From: Eledone cirrhosa
Lineage: Eukaryota
DNA: 64,000 bases
Direction of reading: 5' to 3'
Assembly: GCA_964016885.1 (NCBI GenBank)
Contig: OZ024743.1
Span: forward strand, 179,242,001 to 179,306,000
The translations under genes were made by a program, and so were the position numbers. Under the pieces are notes generated by a model, which saw nothing but the letters and a program-made list of their open reading frames with translations, was not told where the DNA came from and searched no databases. Position 1 is the stretch's first letter. The number at the start of each line of letters is the position of its first letter. This document shows positions 54,630-64,000 of this stretch, in pieces.

Positions 54630-55244
54630 ATAAAAGTAGAAATATATATAATATATATTATAATAATATATATATATAGAGAGAGAGAGAGAGGAGAGTC
54701 TGACAGGATGAATTTGTCGACGTTTCCTCATAGAACCAGATATGTACATATGACTGTATATATAAGATGCCACATCTATGTTGGTGTTTTTACAAATAGA
54801 TGTCTTCATGTTTGTGTGTAAGTATGTAAAATTTTACTTTTGTATTTGAATATAATTCTCTTGATTTCTATGTATATGAGTGTAATTTATGTTTGTTTAC
54901 AAGAGATAAACACAATTATAATGTTTGAATTAAAACAAAATAAGGAATTCTGAAAAAAAATGTTATATCAAAATATTGAAAATATGTGAAAAATTCATAA
55001 TTATGTATAAATTGTTAAATTTTTTTGATAAATTTTCTGGCATTAAAATGGAACTGTAATTTGTACTAAAAAAATATATTACTTTTTAGTTTCATTGCGT
55101 AAATGACTGATAAGTACTTTCTGGATGCGTTCAATGTGAAGGGTTACCTTCTGATATTACTGGCATTTCATATGCTATATGATATTGCTTTTCATAACAT
55201 ATGCATATATACATTATATATGTATTCGTTAAACCTATATATAT

Positions 55245-55340
<96 letters not shown>

Positions 55341-55575
55341 TCATTAGTTAAGCAAAGACAAAACCAAACATTTCACAAGGAAGACGTTATTTAAAGAAAG
55401 TCAACATAGTTTCAGTATATGTGAGGAATAAGGAGTGTAATTATAATTTAATGTAACGTATAACAATAATAATAATAATGAGTGTGATTATAATAATTCT
55501 AACAAATTCACCAATCTCTCTTCACTTCGCCTATATCCATCTCTCCATTTAAGATTAGTTTACTCTTGAACTGGG

Positions 55576-55608
<33 letters not shown>

Positions 55609-55611
55609 GTG

Positions 55612-56109
55612 TAAAAGAAACCAAAGAACGTTTACATACTCAAACAGTTTTTATTTGCTTACAATGTTTCATCCATAGCGTTGGGTAGGAATCAAAAGAG
55701 CTTAATAAACACCGTGCTGAGTATAAGTTTTAGCAAGCTTAGTCAGACGAACAATCGGAATACAATAGAGGGGAAAGATATGTATAATGGTTTTAGGAAG
55801 CCGTAGCTATGCAAAAACCGGGGCTAATGCCCTCTGGTGGTGTCCGGGAGAAGCAAGGGGGACAACCATCTATGTATTTCAGGCTTGACTGGCCTTCGTC
55901 AGGACGGTCCGTCCCATCGCTTGCTACTGCTGGACTTGAAAACAGTCGAGAATATATAGTTTTCTCGTCTGTGTAAATGAGGTGATTAATCTCATTTGCA
56001 TATGAAGCTGCATAAGTTGGCTCAACTTTGTAATAGGAAAGAAATAAGATTTCGCTTCAAGCATAACTTTATACAATATGTATAGAAATTTTCCTCTCAC
56101 AATTTTATT

Positions 56110-56116
<7 letters not shown>
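55612..56116 (-). mobile_element. (TA)n-flanked ~500-bp cassette carrying hammerhead motifs (Penelope-like/retrozyme-like)
   Basis: Bounded by (TA)n on both sides; contains the hammerhead at 55852-55925 and a degenerate second motif at 55657-55701. Confidence 0.55.
55852..55925 (-). ncRNA. Type I hammerhead ribozyme
   Basis: Minus strand: AGCAAG cgat GGGAC gg ACCGTC-CTGACGA-AGGC cagtcaa GCCT-GAAA-TacA-TA-GATGGT t GTCCC c CTTGCT. Intact CUGANGA/GAAA/UH core, extended stem I, 4-bp stem II, minimal stem III; predicted cleavage 3' of 55871 (AUA). Confidence 0.75.
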
Positions 56117-56191
<75 letters not shown>

Positions 56192-56196
<5 letters not shown>

Positions 56197-56572
56197 GATT
56201 GGTGCTCTGAAATAGCGATGTATACATCGCTGTACATATGTATAGTATATTTTGCAATATACCGTATGTTTAATTAAAAACATTTTGAAGACATTGCGCT
56301 ATCATTTTTAAAGTAGTGACTATGTCTCTTACTTCTTTTTTTCGGCAAAAGAAGGGAGAGAAGCTGAAAGATTCTGTTTCACGCTGTTGGCGATCCTCAA
56401 AGCATCGTACTCCCCGCCTTTTCTAGACCGGCAATCGCTCTGTATAATCAGTTCCTCATTATTACTGGAATTCTATAAGAACCCAGCCTCTATAATTTTC
56501 GGCAAAGGCCTTTACAAGTGCCTTTAGGGGCCTACTCGGGGGGACAGTAACGAAGGCCTGTAGCCGGTTCCT
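56192..56572. mobile_element. (TA)n-embedded element family G, internally inverted copy
   Basis: 56193-56415 is the reverse complement of ~59020-59233, while 56425-56510 is co-oriented with 58933-59016. Confidence 0.7.
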
Positions 56573-56581
56573 GTATATATA

Positions 56582-56620
<39 letters not shown>

Positions 56621-56756
56621 TGTGAAGGATATAAACGTTAATGTGTAGGTGTTTAAGAATTTCATTAAAACACTTTTATAACCAAAAAATGGCATTTTCC
56701 AAATTAATACGGACAAACAGATACACACACAGAGACTTTATGTTTATATATATATA

Positions 56757-56884
56757 ATAATAAGTTGACGAAACTAGCATGAGTTTAACTGCTAGGACCG
56801 GTTGCATCTCAACGTACTCAATAGATAATGTTAAATAAACCTCTCAGAGTAGACACATAGTTATTCACTTCAATACAACACACG
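56757..56884 (+). mobile_element. Short (TA)n-associated repeat family H (second copy 58684-58806)
   Basis: Shared GTTGACG...AGCAT...ACCGGTTG-ATCTC...ACTCAAT...CAGAGTA-ACACATAGT. Confidence 0.55.
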
Positions 56885-57080
56885 TAAATGTGAACCTTCC
56901 ATCTTTACTCGTATATATGAGGTTATAGTGTAGTACTTAACTATTTCCATTGGTAAGATGAGATAAGCTCGATGCACTTTACCAGTATCAATAAATAAAT
57001 AATAGCCTACTCATGTCTTTCTTAAAATTCTAATCTCTCTCTCTCTCTCTCTCTCTGCATATATATATATATATATATGT

Positions 57081-57229
57081 AACGAAAGAAATGTGGTAAG
57101 GAACCAGGTGGACCATAACGCACCAAAGTACTCAATACTTAGGGTGTAGAGTGGGTAATAGGAACGAGTAGGACCCCGACGGCTGAGCTCAAGCCGTTTC
57201 GACGGCTAATTCAGGACTAAGTCCTGAAT
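57081..57229 (+). mobile_element. (TA)n-embedded hairpin element family E, copy 4 (second arm truncated)
   Basis: Shared leader and left arm; ends in mini-hairpin ATTCAGGACT-A-AGTCCTGAAT. Confidence 0.78.
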
Positions 57230-57769
57230 ATATATATATATATATATGTGCGTGTGTGTGTATGTGGGGATGTGTGTGTGTGTGTGTGTGTGTTTGGAAA
57301 AATATCAAAAATCTCTGATAACATTTCACATTTCTTTGTGTAATCATTTTGAATTGTTTCCGCTGTGATATCATATCTCCCAAGAAATATTTAGTAAGGA
57401 AACAATAATATAAGAAATTCGCGACAGATATTATTGATCAGACTATTAAACTATTTCTTCCTTATAACATATTAATATCATATGACTTAGATTTAACAAA
57501 GGAGTAAACCAGAAACTTTTAAATTGAACTTAGAAGAAAGAATACATTTTAAAAGCTAACCCTATATCACATGAAAAATAAAATTATATGACTGGTGTAG
57601 AATAAACAATGACTCCTTAAAACGCAAATTGAAGTTGCAAAGACAAACGGAAATATATATAACAATATGTTTTCCCTAGTAAAAAATAAAAGCCTGTCCC
57701 AAACCCTGAGATTTGTCAGGCCGGTACTTATACCGGTTCGAATGCCAAATATTTTCGTATATTGTTTAT

Positions 57770-57917
57770 ATTTCCAGCATAGTTACGTCCCTTTACGATC
57801 TGAGTTCAAATCCCACCGAGGTTGACTTTGCCTTTCATCCTTACGGGGTCGATAAAATAAAATACCAGTAATGCACTGGGTAATTGCTGGCCTTAAGCCT
57901 AAAGTAGAAACAATTAT
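57770..57917 (+). mobile_element. SINE family A, 5'-truncated
   Basis: Consensus match from TTTCCAGCATAGTTACG to the tail. Confidence 0.88.
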
Positions 57918-58154
57918 ATGTATAGAATCTGGTGAGAAACACAAGATGTTTGACAATCAATTCAAGATATTTATGTTTATGTTAATTTACATGTAAATAA
58001 ATACCGACAGATACACACACAGCGCACACGCACACACACACACATATATATTTACACACACACACGCACACACATATATAACATTAGAATTTAATTTCTC
58101 GCCCTAGCAGAGCTGACACAGAAATGTAAGTATATATATACACGTACATATATA

Positions 58155-58210
<56 letters not shown>

Positions 58211-58239
58211 AAAGAATAGAGGTGTAACACACAAGTTAT

Positions 58240-58646
58240 TATATATTGGTAAACGGAATAGAAAATGCTGACAAATTGTTCACAGTTGAAAAATGGTTTA
58301 ATTAGGAATAAAAGAGTATTAGTGATTGTATGGGTTAGTATTCAGTTGTGGTTTTAAGTTTTAAGTTTTTACCGGTTGCGCATTTCTAAATGCTTTTCAA
58401 AAATAATTTTGAGATAGAGTGTCCGTGCTGTTTGCTCTGATCTGTTTGCTCAGATCAGAGCAAACAGCACGGACACTCTATCTCAAAATTATTTTTGAAA
58501 AGCATTTAGAAATGCGCAACCGGTAAAAACTTAAAAACTTAAAACCACAACTGAATACTAACCCGTACAATCACTAATACTCTTTTATTCCTAATTAAAC
58601 CATTTTTCAACTGTGAACAATTTGTCAGCATTTTCTATTCCGTTTA

Positions 58647-58656
<10 letters not shown>
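58240..58656. repeat. Near-perfect ~205-bp-arm palindrome with 6-nt loop, between (TA)n tracts
   Basis: 58240-58444 / 58451-58656; only one substitution and one 1-nt indel seen. Confidence 0.93.
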
Positions 58657-58687
<31 letters not shown>

Positions 58688-58857
58688 AGGGTTGACGGAC
58701 CCAGCATATTTATCAATGCCAGTACCGGTTGTATCTCGGTGCACTCAATGGGCAATGTAAGATACATTCCCAGAGTATACACATAGTGATTTGCCTCAAC
58801 ACAACGTGTTGTGTGTGTATATGTGTGTGCATGTGTGTGTGTGTATATATATATATA

Positions 58858-59270
58858 GGAAAAGGTTCAGAACCATACATTCATGTATACATCGCTATTT
58901 CAGAGCACCAATACTAATACATAATTTTTGCAGGACCAGCAATCGTTCTGTTTAATCAGTTCCTTATTATTACTGGAATTCTATAAGAATCCAGCTTCTA
59001 TAATTTTCGGTGAAGGCAGGTGAGTGTGACTTTGATAAACGCCAAGCTGCGAGAAACAGCTCTCAGCCATTCTCCCAGCCTTTGGCGAAAATATAAGTAA
59101 GTGACATAGTCACTACTCTAAAATTGATAGTGAATGTCTCCTAAATATTTTTAATTAAACATACTGTATATTGCCAAATATACTATACATACACTCATGT
59201 ATACATCGCTATTTCAGAGCACCAATACTAATTCCTAATGTTTGCTGGACCGTAATCTGTTATTTTAATA
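58858..59270. mobile_element. (TA)n-embedded element family G with 57-bp direct terminal repeats
   Basis: TCATGTATACATCGCTATTTCAGAGCACCAATACTAAT...GGACC at 58881-58937 and 59195-59251. Confidence 0.7.
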
Positions 59271-59278
59271 AATATATA

Positions 59279-59313
<35 letters not shown>

Positions 59314-59323
59314 GTGTGCATGC

Positions 59324-59765
<442 letters not shown>

Positions 59766-61965
59766 CTTTCTTACCTACCAAATTGAAAAAGAAATCCCCC
59801 CAATAATGTTAATATTCAGTTTTATTCAATAAGAACAAAAAATTCACCAATAGTTCTCGGTTAACACATTTTGTTGGATCGTATTCGTTAGAGTATTAAC
59901 ATCATTGATATGGTTTCAGATACGTCGTAGAAGAAACAATTGGAATCCGAGTGAAAGAAATGAGAAATATTATCAAACTTGTATATCAGGAAAATGTTAT
60001 ATAATGTTATTTTATTTTTGTTAATCACATTTGCAGGATTAAGATTAGGATATTCCAACTATAGTAGTATCGTATTTGAAGACATTTCTGTGGTAAATAT
60101 TGAGTGAGAAGAATAGAACAAGAATACAACACATATACAATAGATTAATGAAAGTACATTGTTTGAGCTTTTGCGAGTTATTTATGTAATTGTTTACACA
60201 CTAAACTCTATAAATGTGCATTTCTTTTGATACTGTTGTTTCGGGCTATCAAACACATATCTCAATGACGTTGCAAATATAGAGATTATAAGTAAGGCTT
60301 ATATATAATCGGTCGACTTGCTAGAAATATCAACTAACTGTTACCGAAATTACAACTTAGACATTGATTTGCTCCAACACATTAAATAATGTACATTGGA
60401 TAAGATTTTTAACTATAAATGGTTTTAGACAGTTTGAATAGCTGTACCTAGATCATTTCACTCCAAGGTCTGGGCAGGCAGTTTCATAGAAGAAAAAGGG
60501 TGGCATATGTACGCATATCTTCGCTTTTCACGCAGATAACGCTGTCCGAGTGAAAAGCAAGACATTGAAAGGGTATCCTGAGACATTCTATAGGATGCTC
60601 TAACGATCTAACGATTCCAGCTCCTAACCATCTGAGAGAGTATTATATAATTAGTAGGTAAAGGAGACATAGATTGAATTTGAACGTGGAGTGCAGAATA
60701 TCAAAATTAATGTCGCAAGTAGTTCTATGTGACGCTCTAAGGAGTGCTAAATCGCCGACTGAGACAGAGTATATTTCTAGATATATAATACTATATTTGA
60801 AACGCTTAGCATGGTCGTTGCTGAAAAGCTTTTAAGTGGACTTTTTCGTGATCAGAGTTTAATTTTTTCTACACCACACATCTGAAAATCAAACATCGTT
60901 TGAATTTAAATTGATCCATAATGTAACCCCTGTCTCATTAAATTCATTATGAGCAATGCCGTTCAATATTACAAACGTAATTCAGGTGCTCCCTATTTTA
61001 AAGACAGGATTACAATGTCAAAGTATATTTGACAGTTACGTACCCTAGGTGGAGTCATTATTTCGAACGCAAAATATGACATAGTATTCACAGTCCATCA
61101 GAACTAACTTGAGTTAACGGAGTTGTATTTTAAAGACTCCATTTTAGCATCTGAATGAATGTTTAGATATAACCGTAGCAAATAAAAAAGAAAGAAAGAT
61201 GAAACAAAAACAGTTCAGACTTTTAGAAAAAAGAAGGACCAAGAACGTAAAAGAGAAATTAGTGATAGAAATAAATAAATTGTTATCTCCGAGATGTGAA
61301 AATGGAGATACTAGGCTGATGAAGTGGTTTGATGTATATGGCTGAATTGAGTTCAGTGTAGGAGATAAAGAAGGGTGGGGACTTGTTGTAAATCACTAAT
61401 CTGCTAATTAGGAGCAACTAAGAAGTGTAGATGAGTCATCATCCCGCTTACTAATTGATTATACGACAATAGCACGCATACTCTAGTATCGTAATATATC
61501 AGTTGACTGAGCAGGAGAAAAATTATAATTTTGTATGAATATTTCAAGTGTATAAGGAGTGTAAATCAGTTGGTGATATCTGTGATACTTGTGGAAAAAT
61601 CATGCTGCAGAAATGTTGAGTAGTGATCGAATGAGGAAGAAACAAAACTTTCTAAAAATGTATAACGGCATTAAATTACTTAATCATAAAGTAATATAAT
61701 GATTACGATGTATTGTGATATATGTAATAAATGACTAATTTTGAGAAAACCGGTAAAATGTGGTAAAAATGTTTAAAGAGCAAATGAAAACAAATAAAAC
61801 AAAATAATATTTTACTCAGTATATTTCAACATGATATTTCAAGGCACCATCCGCTTTTCAAATATTGAAATATACTGGATAAAACATTATTTTGTTTTGT
61901 TTTATCAATCATCCTTTGCCCTTTATATATTTCTCCCGCATTGTAATTATATTTTACGTTGTATA

Positions 61966-62286
61966 GGCGCATGGCTTTGTGGTTAGGGTATTCGTCTGAG
62001 GATCGTAAGGTCTTGAGTACGATTACCGACGGCGCAATGTGTCCTTGAGTAAGACACTTTATTTCAAGCTGCTCCAGTCCTTTCAACTGGCAAAAATGAG
62101 TTGAGTTGTACGCGTAATTCGAAGGGCTGGCCTTGTCACATTCTGTAACACGCTGAATCTCCCTGAGAACTAAGTTAATGGTACGCGTGTTTGTGGAAAG
62201 CTCAATCACATGTTAATTTCACGAACAAGCTGTTCCGTTGATATTATCAACAGGAATACTCACCGCCATAACCGACGGAGTGCCAC
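61966..62286 (+). mobile_element. SINE family C, full length
   Basis: GGCGCATGGCT head, TGTGTCCTTGAGTAAGACACTT, tail ...AACCGACGGAGTGCC; partial relatives near 37030, 50245 and 53300. Confidence 0.8.
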
Positions 62287-62504
62287 TGCTATATTTTACG
62301 TTAGTGCTAACATATTTAATACATGGATCATAACATTACTAGCTGAGAAGATATACAATCTGTATAAAAAGTATTATTTTCAATTAGAAATACTAACAAC
62401 GAACATATACGTATATATATAATACATAACCATTATGTTTCCATAATTGTATTTTCTGTATCATGTTGTGATGTTTATATCGTTAGGCCATACATGCTAA
62501 CATT

Positions 62505-62666
62505 CAGTAATGTACTGGGTAATTTGCTGGCCTTATGCCTAAAATAGAAACAATTATATGTAAATAACTTAACTTTGCCGTTCATCCTTACGGGGTCGAT
62601 AAACTAAAGTACCAGTAATACACTGTGATATTTGCTGGCCTTGTGCCAAAAGTAGAAACAATTATA
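62505..62666 (+). mobile_element. Two tandem 5'-truncated SINE family A tails
   Basis: Both end GAAACAATTATATGTAAATAA. Confidence 0.8.
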
Positions 62667-62789
62667 TGTAAATAAATTATGAAAGAAAATAACCTATTTA
62701 CCAAATCTATATAAGAAGATATGACCATACATACATACATACGTGCATGCATACGTACATTCATACGTACATAGCTGCATAAATACATG

Positions 62790-63107
62790 TGGAGGCACTC
62801 CGTAGGTTACGTGTTCCAGTTGATCCGATCAACGGAACAGCCAGCTGGTGAAATTAATGTGCAAGTGGCTTAGCATTTCACAGACAGGTGTACACTTAAC
62901 CGAGTTCTCGGGGAGATTCAGCGAGACATATAATGTAGCAAAGCTGGCTCTTCGAATTACAGGTACAACTCAATTTTGCTAGCCGAGTCAACTGGAGCAA
63001 CATAAAGTAAAGTGTCTTGCTGAAGGAAATAACGCGCTGCCGGGAAGGGAACTCACAATCTTACAATTGTAATCCGAATACCCTCACCACAAAGCAATGC
63101 GCCTTCA
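62790..63107 (-). mobile_element. SINE family C, full length, inverted relative to the 61966 copy
   Basis: Approximate reverse complement of 61966-62286. Confidence 0.8.
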
Positions 63108-63118
63108 CATAGATACAA

Positions 63119-63523
63119 GATGGCTGCCCCCTCGTTATCGAGTATGGCCATTGCACGATATAACATTATTGGCAGTATGGGTAGAGGGTCGGACGCTATG
63201 CTTTGAAGCATAGAGTTACCTCCCTGTATGATCTGAGTTCAAATCCCGCCGAAGTTAACTTTGCCTTTCATCCTTACGGGGTCGATAAAATAAAGTACCA
63301 GTAATGCACTGGATAATTGCTGGCCTTGTGCCCAAAGTAGAAACAATTATTAATAATTATCAATTAATGTTATCGTGGAGTGCCTGTGCGTGGAGATTCT
63401 TTTTAAAGTAAGGAAATACTGTGCACTGAGCCAATCTCTGTGAACAGTAGCTATAACACGAAAAGAAGAAAATATCAACATCGGTAACTACTGAGCCGCA
63501 GGTTTTATGTCGGAGTTATCCCA
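63119..63523 (-). mobile_element. RTE-derived short element interrupted by a SINE family A copy (63169-63350, +)
   Basis: Flanks are the reverse complement of ~26495-26727; the SINE sits in its ATTATTAATAAT site. Confidence 0.8.
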
Positions 63524-64000
63524 TACACACATACATACATAATACATACATACATACATACAAACAAACAAACAAACAAACAAACGCTATTGTTTTCAAA
63601 AATCAATGTAAGACGTGCATGAATATGCTGCTGGGATATCAGATAATTGTGTTCACACTGGGACCTCCAGTGTGTTATTTTGCCTACAGAAATCTCATAT
63701 ACCGACCTTCGACTGAAATTCCATATCATATGTAACACATATGAATGAACAATTAACCGTCTACATGTTGTCAACCATGATTAATTTCAACCACTTTTTC
63801 GTTTGTATGTCGCTATATTTTGTACTGCATGGTTTGCTTGTTATTTGTTCATATTACTACCCTTTCTGCCGGAATAAGAACGGATAAAATGGGTAACTTA
63901 ATACAGCTCATAAACCTAGAAGTAAAAAGCTGTATATAGCTATATATAGAGTGATGGTGAGAGAGGAGAACGAGATATCTAGTTATTTATATAGAAAGAT

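Noticed and set aside
61160-61450. Possible very old LINE 3' remnant
   Set aside because: Only faint purine-rich similarity; no motif could be read with confidence.

Overview
AT-rich, microsatellite-dense eukaryotic DNA. The repeat content (tRNA-derived SINE families, RTE and R4/Dong LINE relics) looks like an octopod cephalopod; this is inferred, not verified. The only supportable host coding sequence is the first coding exon (15129-15740, +) of a group III-like metabotropic glutamate receptor. It ends at a GTAAGT donor, and I found no next exon, so the remaining ~48 kb appears to be one intron. Positions 1-3900 are a GGT/AGT-based minisatellite. The rest contains ~30 SINE copies, LINE fragments, one hAT MITE and many simple repeats. 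The most unusual signal is a set of short non-coding cassettes embedded in (TA)n tracts. They carry long fold-back inverted repeats or direct-plus-inverted terminal repeats, and at least two contain recognisable type I hammerhead ribozyme folds (55852-55925 minus; 44782-44824 plus). They look like non-autonomous Penelope-like/retrozyme-type elements loading a neuronal receptor intron with dsRNA hairpins. All calls were made by eye; repeat boundaries are approximate.
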